Below are positions 25,070 through 38,000 of a stretch of DNA of 64,000 nt, piece after piece. The position numbers were made by a program, and so were the translations under genes. The stretch comes from Nemertoderma westbladi (Eukaryota; Animalia; Xenacoelomorpha), in assembly GCA_032718475.1 (NCBI GenBank), contig JAUCBJ010006960.1, forward strand, positions 1-64,000, written 5' to 3'. The notes beneath the pieces were generated by a model. It did no database searches. It saw only the letters and a list, made by a program, of their open reading frames with translations, and was not told the DNA's origin. Within the stretch, counting starts at the first letter, position 1. Every line of letters begins with the position of its first letter.

Positions 25070-27767
25070 TGAACAAGCATTCCTTTAGGAACAGAGTGGA
25101 AGGGTTTCCTGTGGAAGATCACCCATGGTGGTGAACGGGCATTCCTTTAGGAAACAGAGTGGAAGAGTTTACTGTGGAAGATCACCCATGCGGTGAACAG
25201 GCATTCCTTTAGGAAACAGAGTAGGGGTTTACCGTGGAAGATAAGTACTGGATGTATACACGATTGTTTTTAACATCAATATATTTTAAATCTTAAAAAG
25301 TCCACCATAACAGTTGTTTTTATTGTTTGTTTTTACTATTAATTTTAATTCATTATCACTGCCATTATATTCTATTCTGCCATTAATTACATTTTAATTT
25401 AACCCGCACTGGAATGCTTGCGATGATCGTTTTTTATTGTTTGTTTTTTACTATATGCTACTATATTTACGATGATCGTTTTTATTGTTTGTTTTTACTA
25501 TATTTTATGATGTTTTTATTGTTGGTTTTTAATTACTACATTATTTTAGTTGATTTTTTTTATTTCATAACTATTGCTATTGCAGTCACGAACTATTAAT
25601 TACTGTGTACTATGTGTTGTCAGCGCCTTAGAGTACGTATATTATGTAAATTTGGCGCTATATAAATAAATATATATTATTATATTATTATTATTATAAG
25701 ATCACTCATGGTGGTGAACAGAATTCCTTTAGGAAACAGAGTGGAAGGGTTTCCTGTGGAAGATCACCCATGGTGTTCAACAGGCATTCCTTTAGGAAAC
25801 AGAGTGGAAGGGTTTGTTGTGGAAGATCACCCATGGTGGTGAACATGCATTCCTTTAGGAAACAGAGTGGAAGGGTTTACTGTGGAAGATCACCCATTGT
25901 GGTGAACAGGCATTCCTTTAGGAAACAGAGTGGAAGGGTTTACTGTGGGAAATCACTCATGGTGGTGAACAGGCATTCCTTTAGGAAACAGAGTGGAAGA
26001 GTTTACTGTGGGAGATCACTCTTTTTGGTGAACAGGAATTCCTTTAGGAAACAGAGTGGAAGGGTTTCCTGTGGAAGATCAGCCATGGTGTTCAACAGGC
26101 ATTCCTTTAGGAAACAGAGTGGAAGGGTTTACTGTGGAAGATCACCCATAGTGGTGAACATGCATTCCGTTAGGAAACAGAGTGGAAGGGTTTAGTGTGG
26201 AAGATCACCCATGGTGGTGAACAGGCATTCCTTTAGGAAACAGAGTGGAAGGGTTTCCTGTGGAAGATCACCCATGGTGGTGAACAGGCATTCCTTTAGG
26301 AAACAGAGTGGAAGGGTTTACTGTGTGAGATCAACCATGGTGGTGAACAGGAATTCCTTTAGGAAACAGAGTGGAAGCGTTTCCTGTGGAAGATCACCCA
26401 TGGTGTTCAACAGGCATTCCTTTAGGAAACAGAGTGGAAGGGTTTGTTGTGGAAGATCACCCATGGTGGTGAACATGCATTCCTTTAGGAAGCAGAGTGG
26501 AAGGGTTTACTGTGGAAGATCACCCATTGTGGTGAACAGGCATTCCTTTAGGAAACAGAGTGGAAGCGTTTACTGTGGGAAATCACTCATGGTGGTGAAC
26601 AGGCATTCCTTTAGGAAACAGAGTGGAAGAGTTTACTGTGGGAGATCACTCTTTTTGGTGAACAGGAATTCCTTTAGGAAACAGAGTGGAAGGGTTTCCT
26701 GTGGAAGATCAGCCATGGTGTTCAACAGGCATTCCTTTAGGAAACAGAGTGGAAGGCTTTACTGTGGAAGATCACCCATAGTGGTGAACATGCATTCCTT
26801 TAGGAAACAGAGTGGAAGGGTTTACTGTGGAAGATCACCCATGGTGGTGAACAGGCATTCCTTTAGGAAACAGAGTGGAAGAGTTTACTGTGGGAGATCA
26901 CTCTTTTTGGTGAACAGGAATTCCTTTAGGAAACAGAGTGGAAGGGTTTCCTGTGGAAGATCAGCCATGGTGTTCAACAGGCATTCCTTTAGGAAACAGA
27001 GTGGAAGGGTTTACTGTGGAAGATCACCCATAGTGGTGAACATGCATTCCTTTAGGAAACAGAGTGGAAGGGTTTAGTGTGGAAGATCACCCATGGTGGT
27101 GAACGGGCATTCCTTTAGGAAACAGAGTGGAAGAGTTTACTGTGGAAGATCACCCATGCGGTGAACAGGCATTCCTTTAGGAAACAGAGTAGGGGTTTAC
27201 CGTGGAAGATCACTCATGGTGGTGAACAGGAATTCCTTTAGGAAACAGAGTGGAAGGGTTTACTGTGGAAGATCACCCATTGTGGTGAACAGGCATTCCT
27301 TTAGGAAACAGAGTGGAAGCGTTTACTGTGGGAAATTACTCATGGTGGTGAACAGGCATTCCTTTAGGAAACAGAGTGGAAGAGTTTACTGTGGGAGATC
27401 ACTCTTTTTGGTGAACAGGAATTCCTTTAGGAAACAGAGTGGAAGGGTTTCCTGTGGAAGATCAGCCATGGTGTTCAACAGGCATTCCTTTAGGAAACAG
27501 AGTGGAAGGCTTTACTGTGGAAGATCACCCATAGTGGTGAACATGCATTCCTTTAGGAAACAGAGTGGAAGGGTTTACTGTGGAAGATCACCCATGGTGG
27601 TGAACAGGCATTCCTTTAGGAAACAGAGTGGAAGGGTTTACTGTGGGAGATCACCCATATGGTGGTGAACAGGCATTCCTTTCGGAATCAGAGTGGAAGG
27701 GTTTACTGTGGAAGATCACCCATGGTGGTGAACAGGAATTCGTTTAAGAAACAGAGTGGAAGGGTTT
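25070..27767 (+). repeat. 63-bp satellite (GGAAACAGAGTGGAAGGGTTTACTGTGGAAGATCACCCATGGTGGTGAACAGGCATTCCTTTA), left part
   Basis: Tandem array interrupted at 25243-25697; the unit matches the SINE segment at 56841-56901. Confidence 0.95.
25243..25697 (+). mobile_element. LINE 3'-end fragment (L2/CR1-like tail) inserted in the 63-bp satellite
   Basis: Ends GCGCCTTAGAG...GGCGCTATATAAATAAAT followed by (ATT)n; flanked by AAGAT on both sides. Confidence 0.55.
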
Positions 27768-29322
27768 TGTTAAGTGCAATCCCAAATCCCCCGAAAGGGC
27801 AGAATTAACCGAGATCAAAACTGAGGGAAAGCTATCGCTATTGCGAGTAAATGTTTTAATTCAATGGTGGAGACCTCAACACCTTTTTTACAGCAGCGCT
27901 CACAATAAGTAAGTTCAATAGATATTTGTCGTTCGATTTTGGCAGGCAGTAAAGGCTAACATATAAAGTACTGTAAAACACCAGCAACCAAAACAATAAA
28001 CCAAACCTATATCAGAATGTACAGCAATTATGGCTGAAAATTCGTAATTCATGCTAGACCAGTAGGCTCTTCTAACTAATCCCAAAACGAGCAAATACTA
28101 ATTTTTTATCTTTCAAAATATGTATAAACAAATAAATAAATTTTATACTTACAACAGTTTGGTTGTCAATCTATACGGAATTTAGGATACTAGGGCTGAG
28201 AAAGAAATAATTAAATGGCCTAACTATTTTACCATCCCAAATGTTCCCTCAGCGCTATAATAACCACCAATTTATCCGTAGGGCCTAAGAATGATCACAA
28301 ACTATCTAAAATAATTATTAGAAAATTAGTAAGTTAGAATTCCTAACGTGTTATGGTAGACCTAGCTACCGGTCTGCCGGTACATGAATTAGAAATCAAT
28401 ATAGGGGCCTCTGAAAACTATAATCTAACCCCTTCACCAATTGGCCTACAGCCTTAGCACTTAGGGGCAATTGATTGACATTTACTAATCCAATTTTAGC
28501 GAGCCCAAACTTATGCCTAATGGTTCGATCAACTTCCCTGATAGTCCAATTTTGCTTCCGTACCGCCACTGATGTCCCACATCCCATTGCCGGCCTCACC
28601 GCACCGCAGCTAATCTTAGCCGGACATCGCGAATGTTTTCGATAATTGACTCATGTCAGAATGCGATCTGATCCGTTAATCAGGAACAACAATGTTATTG
28701 AACGTGTTCTAATCGACTAAGACATTATATTGAATATCGTATCACAGTATCACAGTTTTATATCAAACACATCCAGACATCAGACATCTGAATGCAAAAC
28801 AACACTGTCAAAATTTAAATACACGTCCAAATGTAAAAGATTAAACCATATAACGTACCGGTACTGCGGTACTTAATGCAGTAACAGAGTAAATGAATGA
28901 ATATATATATAACTTCAATTCTACATTGAAACAAGCATAAAAAGAATTCAAAGGCTGTCATTGGCTAATCATGTTTAAAAAGCCTTAATTTGAAAATACC
29001 TCCAGCAGGGCTTAGTTATACTGTACTGTATAATAATAATAATCTGGAAATAATTATAGATACTGGACAATTAACCGACTGGTGATTTATCAGATAATCA
29101 GGTAGTATTTCACATAATGAATCGTACAGTATTTCTACTGCAGTAAGTAAAGGAACTGAAACAAACTTAACTTTAAAGAGAATCCATAAGATTTTCGTTA
29201 ATTAATATAGTAGAATATAGGTATAGAATATAGGTTTTATACTTTAAACGTACAGTAGAAGTTATCGGAACAATATAACGATTATAAAATAAAATTTTTA
29301 TACTCTTACCAAATACAATACA
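27768..29322 (-). repeat. 3' LTR of BEL element 2
   Basis: Near-identical to 39506-41060; preceded on the - strand by the PPT. Confidence 0.95.
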
Positions 29323-30732
29323 CCGCTCCGATCAGACGTTTAACGCTCTGATCCCATCACCGGACATACCGAATAAATCTAAAAACTACTATATAAAATT
29401 ATGTAGAATAAACTAGATTAATCTAAATTTATCAATATTTCAAAAGGACATACAATTGTATAACATACTACCTATAACACAAAGATTTATCTGAATTATT
29501 TCAATTATTACATAAAATATCTAGCATAATAATAGGACTGACTTACACATTTTCTTAAAATATTGTAAGAGTCCGGTTCACTTTTAGTACCTTGTCAGGT
29601 AGTAACTACCTTTTACTAAGGCATAAATAATATAAATCGAATGAGTTAGTGAAATATTTGTTAACATCGTAAATAAATTGAGGCTAATATGTGATTAGGT
29701 AAGCATTTAAGACGGTAAGCATATAAGACGGTAAGCATATAAGACTTATAAAAAAAAAAAAATACCAGTGCGACGATGGTATTGGTTTCCAGGATTTAAA
29801 GGGCGCAGGGTTTGTTGTAGTATTATCTCGTTGACACATCCCAATGTTACAGTAAGAATGACTAGGTTAATATAGGATCGCCCTGAGCATAAGTTCTTCG
29901 CTCTCGATCGCATTAGTTTGATTTGTGTCTGAAATGGGTCAAATATTAGGATCTCAAACCCCGCCCTAATCCTGGTATTGCAATCGGCAGTGACAACGTC
30001 GGTCACATCCAGCCCAATCGCAATTACTTCGCATCGAACGCTCGTATGGGATTTGTGTATTCTGGAATTCTTTGAGTTTCTTACTGTTCCAACTCCGCTG
30101 GTGGCCGGTATCAATGGGAGTTCGGGTAGAACCTTTCATCCCCCCCTCCTTTTCCACTCATCAACCATCAGATGGCGCAATATCTTTTCTGTATCGCCCA
30201 GATATTTCGATCGCATCCACAGTTCAAATCGATGGGGTATGTCAACAGGTTCTTATGCGGTACCATCCTGTAACTAGTAACTTATAGAAAGATTATTGAT
30301 GGATGGATGAATGGCAGGTACAGTATCACAAACTTTCAGCTAAGCCTGGGTTTACCTCCATCAGTTCAGCGTTTGTCAACCAATTGATATTAAATTATCT
30401 TATTCTAGCGCTGACCCCAAATTTTGATATTTGCGAAACAAAATCATTCGCTTTTTTATATTACTATCTAAGAAATTTAGAGAGAAATTATGTCAATAAA
30501 GTGTTAATCAATAAAGAGATATCTTGATTTTGGGATCTGTCTCCCCTTTCTACAAAACATGTTTTAAACATACCCCTTAAGACAGCTACAATACCTGTGC
30601 CAATATATCTGTGAGACCCTTTTTGATAAAATAATTTAATGTTACAGCCTCCAGATGTAGTACTCCAATCTTTTTGACACAAATTTAAAGTTAAATAAAT
30701 CAACTAGTTAAAATTATTTAACTTTTTTGTAA

Positions 30733-30913
30733 ATATATCAGGGAGCGTGTGAGCTGCCTCCCCCTCAATGCCCCCCGGACAGCGCAAGATCCTCAGCGCT
30801 GTTGTACTGTCGCCGCTGTGCCTCTCGCCAACGTCGTAGCTACACAACGACAACAATAACCAGCGCGAGTCACTCCACTGTCCGTCCCAAGGGCTTAGAA
30901 TTACTTCAAATTC
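30733..30913 (-). other. Conserved GC-rich, probably structured cis-element in the BEL 3' region (copy 2)
   Basis: Reverse complement is ~87% identical to 6731-6872; 16 contiguous WC/GU pairs possible (TATTGTTGTCGTTGTG / CACAGCGGCGACAGTA). Confidence 0.75.
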
Positions 30914-31065
30914 AAATGGGATGTAATAAATAATAAAAGTGTTGTCGGTATTCCAGTACACAATAATCCGCTCCTATGTGTAATCGGACGTAATCCGAAA
31001 TACACATAACAGACACTGGAATATCGAGCACTAGAACACCACAGTAAAATAAAGTACACTTTATT

Positions 31066-34000
31066 TTACTTTGTCTTCTTGGAGGTTTTTACATTTCCTA
31101 TCTCATATAATTTGTGGGAAGTATAATCACTGGGTTTTTTAAAGATTTTGTAGTCTCCAGTCTGACAACGTGACTCTTCTAATAAAACGAGATGTTGCAC
31201 TGGTCTAGTTACTACATGTTTGTCTAGTGTTCTAACTGTCACAGTTCGAACTGTTCCGTCTGATCCTGGATGAACTGCTACTACAACACCTGTTAACCAG
31301 TGACGCCGTTTTAGGTTCGCCTCGGCTAAGAGAACAGAATCTCCTTTACAAAGATTCCTTGTTGTTTGATACCATTTACTTCTGGCTGAAATAGTGGGCA
31401 AATAGTGTTGTCGCCATATTTCCCAGAAGTTATCTGCTAACAATTGTACGATTTTCCACGCTTTCCTGGAGTACAGATCGCTGTCATCTGGGACAGAGAT
31501 TGGTACAAGTGGTGCGGGAGATTGCATTAATATATGGTTTGGTGTCAGGGCAATAACGTTGTCTGACCTGTCTGGCACCAGTGCAATCGGTCGAGAATTC
31601 AAAGTATACTCGATCTCTGTGAAAAGAGTCACTAGTTCATCGTCTGTGAGTACTTTGTTCGGTGGGATGGTCTTATGGAACGCCAATTTTATGGATCGTA
31701 TAAGACGCTCCCAGCTACCGCCTCTCCAGGGGCTGTCAGCCGTGTTAAAGTTCCATGTGATACGACTGGGTATTAATTCGGCAGCAATTTTATCATGGTC
31801 AATAGTATTAAGAGATTTATTAATCTCGTTGTCCCCACCGACAAAGTTCGTACCTTGGTCACTATAGAAAGCCTGAACCAACCCGCGTCTGGCTATGAAC
31901 CGACGCAAAGCAAGTAATAAGGCATTTGTGGACATGTCTGTGACGCGTTCAATGTGTACCGCACGGGATGCCATACAAATGAATATGACACCCCAACGTT
32001 TTACCATCGACCGTGCACGCTTTGTGAGGATTGGACCAAAACAATCCAGTCCCGTATGGGTAAATGGTGATTGGTGTGACTGCACTCTAGCTAAGGGTAG
32101 TTCACTCATTTGTTGCTGGGTAATGCGTGCGTTCAACTTTTTACAAACTATACAGTTTGATAGAACTGTATTTAATGCCTTTGTTGGTTTTATTAAGATA
32201 AAACGTTGTCTTAACAAAGAGATGCAATGTGAACGGCCAGCATGTTTCAGCTTCAAGTGAGCATCCCATATCATGGCGCATTGTAATTCTAAGTATGCTG
32301 GGATTATAATTGGATATATGAAGTCTCGTGCTAGGTCTGTAGCTTGTAATCTAGACCTGTGACAAAGGAGTCCTTTGTGTATGGTCGGGCTCAACCTGAC
32401 TAATGGGGAAGAACTAACCGCTTTCTTAATCATAATGGCGTTGTACTCACGGGTGTAACTTCGCAGCTGAAAATGAAGGATGATCTTCAATTCCGCCTGG
32501 TCTATTTCCTCGATAGATAGTCTCCTGGGAAATCCTCTAATAACCCTTTGTCTCCAATCAGATAGTGAGTATTCCTTTGATTTACCCAAGAATTTACTAA
32601 GTCTACTGATCCAAGCGGCTTTCCTACATAGCTTTAGCCAAGATGAACTGGAATTTACTAACCTGACAAAGAAATTCCTTAAATTACTGTTAAGTGGTTG
32701 TGTTACCATAACATTAGGCGGTGGCTGTGATGCCACATTTTTTACAAGATCTTGCTTACTATTGGTCAAGGGTGATTCTAGAAATATCGCTTTTACTTCA
32801 TCGAATTTTTCATCACCAGGAACTGGATGCATGTCAATATATTCATCGTCGTCTGATATATCTAGGGCTAGGTCAACTTCGGACTCAATCTCTAAATTAA
32901 TATCTGAATCTGGCGGATTTGGCGGTGGTAACGACGCAGGAACTATATCACTTGTATGTGTCACTCGCGATCTTAGATTATATAATGTGGTACGGGACGT
33001 AATCTCCTTTCTGTCTAACATCTGTTCACTCATGGCATTTCTCGGCCGCTCCATATAATTATTTGACATTACCTGATCAGTCAATGATGTTGGTATATGG
33101 GATAAACCTGTGGCCTTCGCCTTTGACTTCTTTACTTTCTCGATCTTAATCTCCGCTTCCGGTGGAAGTTTATGTAAGTGGCAGTGAAAGATTGGAGGCC
33201 AATGCTCTGTTGACTTCCTTAAGAATTTGGGTCCATGCAGCCAGAAATCTTGATTATCTGGTTGACAAAACTCCGTCGGCATCATTCCTCGCGAGGCAAT
33301 GTCTGCGGGGTTGCGATCACCCGGACAGTGACGCCAGTCTTCTGTGATAGTAAAATCTAAAATCCCGGCTTTCCGATTTGCAACAAATGTCTTAAATTGT
33401 ACATCATCAATATTTAAGTACATTAATACTAAAGTGGCATCAGTCCAATAGGTTATATGTAAACGTATCCCAATCTCGCGTTTTATGAGTTTCGCAATGG
33501 TTACGCCTATCAAGGCGGCTTGTAGCTCACCCCTCGGTATGTTCATATATTTAATTGGCATAGTTTTAGCTCTAGACGTAATGAGCGATGTCTCAAACTC
33601 ACCTGACTCAGTCTCTCTCCTGAGGTATAAGGCAACTCCTAACCCATTCGAGCTTGCATCACTAAAGCAGTGGAGTTCCAACTCAGTAGGAAAAGTTGTC
33701 TGATCTGGAAAATATAGTCTAGGAAATTCTAATTCCTGCAGAGCTCCCAACTCTGCCTCCCAGAGTCTCCACTTACCTGCATGTTCTGAGGATATTGGCT
33801 CATCCCAACCGATTCCAGTTTGCCAAATGCTACGAAGATATATCCTTGCCTGTAATACAACGGGGCTAATGAGGCACAGCGGGTCGAATAGTCGACTCAT
33901 TGTGGATAGGCATTTCCGCTTAGTCAATGTCTCAGCTGGCGGCAGTACTTGGACACGCACCTGGAAGTTATCATTATTTGGATTCCATCCTAGGCCGAGG

Positions 34001-35037
34001 ACCTTCGATGTGGGGGTATCCTCAAACTCTAGCTCGATGTCGCCGCTCCTCCGATCTTCTGAGGGAAACGAGTTGATTAGTTTGGCTGAGTTAGAAGTAA
34101 ACTTTGTTAACCGGAATCCTCCAGTCTTCAGACACTCCTGTAAGCCATGGGAAATTTTAATTGCTTGCTCCTCGGAATCAAAACAGTCTAACCCATCATC
34201 CATGTAGAAGTTATCACCTACTGCCTCAATTACTTCAGCAGGGAAATGTTCACTTTGTCTTTTTGCAGTTTCTTTCAAAACAAAGAGGGATCCATTTGGG
34301 CTATCTCGTGCTCCAAAAATTCTAACCAACATTTGATATGTGATAGGTTCACCAGACAAGTCGTCATTTGGATACCAAAGGAACCTTAGGCTGTCCTTAT
34401 CTTTCTTTAAGGCAAATACTTGGTGGTACATAGCTTCTATGTCGCATGCAAAAGCGAATCTACGTCTCCTAAAACGAAGCAATATCCCGATCAGGTAATT
34501 ATTTTGATTTGGGCCATCCATAAGCTCAGAGTTGAGCGACATTCCTAAATATTTCCTACGACAATCGTTAACAACTCTAACACGTCCAGGTTTATCAGGG
34601 TGAATGATATAATGATGAGGAAGATAGTATGTCTGATCAGTAGTTCTGTCTGGGTAATCCATTTTCTCAGCATATCCCTTTTCTAAATAATTGTTTATTT
34701 GAAATCGGTATTGCATGTGTATCTTTTCGTCTCGCAACAATCGTGTACGGATAGATTGAAGGCAACGTAAAGCTAGTGGTCGATTATTAATGAGTTTTGG
34801 CTTGTCGTGTCGCAATAGCATTCCTACCTCAAAATGCCCATTTGGTAGGCGATTAATAGTATTTCTCATTATATCAAGGGAACGTTTGTCATTCGCTGAC
34901 ATCGCTATATCGTAGCTACCAGGTTCCATAGCATATTCTTCTAGCCATTTAAGGGTCCGATAATTCATTTCATGATCTTGGTCCATGAGATCACGGATGT
35001 ACTCAATATCTTCAACTTCAGCTGAGGGATTACACAT
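31066..35037 (-). CDS. pol: BEL/Pao pol (RT, RNase H, integrase)
   Basis: YYLPHH, CDIEAMYHQV, FYMDD (RT); HCFSDAS, NPADIASRG (RNase H); H..H..C..C, DCFGP, SDQGTNF, WERLI (integrase); DUF5641-like C-terminus. Confidence 0.95.
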   Translation of the reverse strand: MCNPSAEVEDIEYIRDLMDQDHEMNYRTLKWLEEYAMEPGSYDIAMSANDKRSLDIMRNTINRLPNGHFEVGMLLRHDKPKLINNRPLALRCLQSIRTRLLRDEKIHMQYRFQINNYLEKGYAEKMDYPDRTTDQTYYLPHHYIIHPDKPGRVRVVNDCRRKYLGMSLNSELMDGPNQNNYLIGILLRFRRRRFAFACDIEAMYHQVFALKKDKDSLRFLWYPNDDLSGEPITYQMLVRIFGARDSPNGSLFVLKETAKRQSEHFPAEVIEAVGDNFYMDDGLDCFDSEEQAIKISHGLQECLKTGGFRLTKFTSNSAKLINSFPSEDRRSGDIELEFEDTPTSKVLGLGWNPNNDNFQVRVQVLPPAETLTKRKCLSTMSRLFDPLCLISPVVLQARIYLRSIWQTGIGWDEPISSEHAGKWRLWEAELGALQELEFPRLYFPDQTTFPTELELHCFSDASSNGLGVALYLRRETESGEFETSLITSRAKTMPIKYMNIPRGELQAALIGVTIAKLIKREIGIRLHITYWTDATLVLMYLNIDDVQFKTFVANRKAGILDFTITEDWRHCPGDRNPADIASRGMMPTEFCQPDNQDFWLHGPKFLRKSTEHWPPIFHCHLHKLPPEAEIKIEKVKKSKAKATGLSHIPTSLTDQVMSNNYMERPRNAMSEQMLDRKEITSRTTLYNLRSRVTHTSDIVPASLPPPNPPDSDINLEIESEVDLALDISDDDEYIDMHPVPGDEKFDEVKAIFLESPLTNSKQDLVKNVASQPPPNVMVTQPLNSNLRNFFVRLVNSSSSWLKLCRKAAWISRLSKFLGKSKEYSLSDWRQRVIRGFPRRLSIEEIDQAELKIILHFQLRSYTREYNAIMIKKAVSSSPLVRLSPTIHKGLLCHRSRLQATDLARDFIYPIIIPAYLELQCAMIWDAHLKLKHAGRSHCISLLRQRFILIKPTKALNTVLSNCIVCKKLNARITQQQMSELPLARVQSHQSPFTHTGLDCFGPILTKRARSMVKRWGVIFICMASRAVHIERVTDMSTNALLLALRRFIARRGLVQAFYSDQGTNFVGGDNEINKSLNTIDHDKIAAELIPSRITWNFNTADSPWRGGSWERLIRSIKLAFHKTIPPNKVLTDDELVTLFTEIEYTLNSRPIALVPDRSDNVIALTPNHILMQSPAPLVPISVPDDSDLYSRKAWKIVQLLADNFWEIWRQHYLPTISARSKWYQTTRNLCKGDSVLLAEANLKRRHWLTGVVVAVHPGSDGTVRTVTVRTLDKHVVTRPVQHLVLLEESRCQTGDYKIFKKPSDYTSHKLYEIGNVKTSKKTK

Positions 35038-35090
35038 AACCTTATTGTAGTCTGGTCTACTTAGTACTTCAGTGAAATTCCTAGCATCAC

Positions 35091-38000
35091 TTAAGAATGT
35101 AAAAGCAGTTTCACCACGTATATTACTGTCGTCTTGATCAGAATCCTATATTCTATATCCTTCATTCTGTATCCTATAGAAATATTTCTATAGTTAACAT
35201 TACATTCCGGGATACCTAAACATCCGAAGTATTCTCGTTCTTGTTTGGTCAAAGCAGGCACTCCCCCCAAAAGTCCAGAAAATTCTTTCAAAGCAATGAA
35301 GGATACATTCTTTATTGGTAGTAGACTTTGTTCTGGTAGAGTGTGATGATTTCGTGGTAATAAGGAATCTAATGAGAGGTTTATCGATTTACCATTTAGT
35401 TCTCCTTGTCCATGTATAGATCCTAAATCGATCCTACGGCTCTTCGCACTCAAAGTGTCCGTAACAGCGCTGGCTACTTCTAAATCTACATAGCTATGGG
35501 TAGAGGCAGGATCTAGTATGACATAAATTCTCTTCGTTCCATGTTCTCCAATAATCTTAATGGGAATTACGCTAAATGAAGCAGATTGTACTGCTGTAAG
35601 GTATGTATTTGCACATATGATGTCATCAATATTAGTGGCATCAGTATCTCCTACCTGACACTCATCCTTTTCATCATCCTCATCTGAAGAACCGGATTGA
35701 TCAGCATTGACTGAAGCAAATGTAACCTTATTTGGGATTGGGTTAGGATTTCTAGCAATCCTACTTGGATGGTCCATGATATATTGTTTTGTAGGAGTGT
35801 GCTGACTAGTATGTAGCAACCGATGATGCAACCTACCACAATCTTGGCATCCTTTCTTTATGGTGTCTGGACATTCTCGGCGTTTATGACCAGTGGAAAG
35901 ACACTTCCAGCATGCATCTAAAGATCGTATTGCCAGTCTTCTCTTATCGACGTCGAGTTTTGTAAAGAAATCGCAACAATGCAATTTATGATCCATATGT
36001 TTTTGAGATTGCTGATAACAATATTGGCAACCGCGAAAGTTGGAGGGTAGCTCCTGACGCTCCAGGGTCACTCCTATGGGGGCTGAAACTTTACTCTTCT
36101 CCAATTGGTATCGCGATTTTGATATATTCGAGTCAGTCCCAGTTGGTCCTAAAGTGTTGTAGGTTAGACACATCCCCTCTGTTGTCATCAAGGATTTAGG
36201 TTTTGCTATTGAGCGCCTTTCAACCTGTAAATATTCTTCAGAGTAATTTGAACGGGAATCTGCGAGTGCTTTTCTAGCGATTAACTCATGTAAGTGTCGT
36301 AACTTTAAAGTCTCTCCACGTTCTTCTATTTTGCTCTCTAATTTCCGCCACTTTTGACGGTGACGGTAACTTAATCTTCTAATTATATCTTTCAAGATGT
36401 CTGGTCTATCTCCATAGTTTTCACAACCAATATCCGGTAATATTGATATTGCATTCTTTATTTCATCCGCTAGTTTTAATAATTCATGAGATGTAGAAAT
36501 AGGACCACCTTTTCCAAGTTCATCTACAATGGATTGAGCCACCCTGGTGTTACTTCCATATACAGAGGTTAATCGCTCATAAGTATGCTGAAATGCATTT
36601 GGGTTTCCTGTAAAAGTCTCAGCTAACCCTCTAGGTTCCTTCTGTAGTAGTTGTAACAGGTAATTGAATTTCTCATTTGAACTGAAATCCTTTTCTTTTA
36701 TTTGGGAGTCAACATAATTTATAAAGGTGCGCCAATGTTTTGCATTACCATTAAAACATGGAGGTTGTTGGGTTGGCAGACTCTGGCGAGCAGCAAAGCG
36801 AGCAATTTCGGTAAGGACAGCCGTAGTCTCTGTCTGTTTTTCCTTCTCCTTCACCAAACTAGATTTATTTCCTCTTTGAAATTCTCCACAGAAACTGCTA
36901 GAAGAGCTCTCAACAACCTCGGAATATAAATTTTGATGTGGGGTTGAACGACGCTGTGCATACGTCGAATTGAAGTGAATCTTCTTTGACAAACTTGGCT
37001 CTCTAACTGGATTTTGTGATATTTCCTCCATTTCTGAATCAGTTTTTAAGTTTCTCCGGACTGGTGTGTCCATCCAATCAACTTTTTCTTGAACTTCCTT
37101 CAGTTGTTGTAGTAAAGGTGCATTGCATTCTTGCATAGCAGCTTTCATTTGCTCAATTGAAACCTTCGGTTCTATGGGAGTCTCAAAATCAAATAGATCG
37201 AACTTATCGGCTCTGTGTGAATGTTCCCAATTCTGTGAGTAGGGCTCATCGCCACCAGTTCTATACCTCTCCCGAGATCTATTACCATAATGATACCAAG
37301 GATTCTGGGGAAGTAGATATCTTTCCCTACAAACGAAACATGGGCAATCTCTTTCATGAGGCTGTGGTCTGTGCTCGCCCTCACATTGCCAACGTTTGTC
37401 TACAAATTTGTTTGGGGTATACAGCGGTTGGAAGGGTTTCTCGTATGGCTTTGTCTCAGGCTTCCTCACTATGTTCTGGTTTAGTCGAGGAATGGGTCGT
37501 TCTTGGTGAACTTCTTGTGCTATCCTGCCCTTATGCAATGACGATACATATGCTTCTGTTAGAGGGAACCTTCTTTGGGCGGACTCACATATGATTGGAG
37601 CTTCCTCCACTTGGTCTATAATACTACTGTGCTCTTCTTCATACTGCTGCCTATCATTTACCAACTCAAGCCGTGCATCCTGCAACTGAGCTCGCTTATG
37701 TTCCATTTCAATCTCATGGATACGCCTTCGTTGCTTTAATTCTAATTCTCTCCGCTTTTCGTCAACTTGTGCGCGTCTCTGTGCATGTTGATGCTCTAAA
37801 TTTGCCGCTGCTTCACGCTGTTGCCTCTGCAATTCATCACGCAAATGCTCTGCTTCTTGGGCTGCAGCTTGTGCTTCACGCCTAAATTTAGCTGCTGCTT
37901 CCTCATGCCGAAGTTTAGCTTCTTCTGATTCCAGCTGCTCTTGCTGCTTTAAATCTGCTTCTTGTGCTGCTAATTTATGTATCTCCTCTTCAGCGAGTTC

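Noticed and set aside
25770-27668. ORFs of 21-aa repeats (MVVNRHSFRKQSGRVYCGRSP), also at 41083-41814
   Set aside because: By-product of a 63-bp SINE-derived unit that is stop-free in one frame; broken by stops and indels.
20454-27767. Regular short repeats as a CRISPR array
   Set aside because: No unique spacers, no cas genes, eukaryotic intron context; these are tandem satellites.
28396-28599. Identical 67-aa ORFs at 28396 and 40134
   Set aside because: Chance GTG-start ORF duplicated because it lies in the LTRs.
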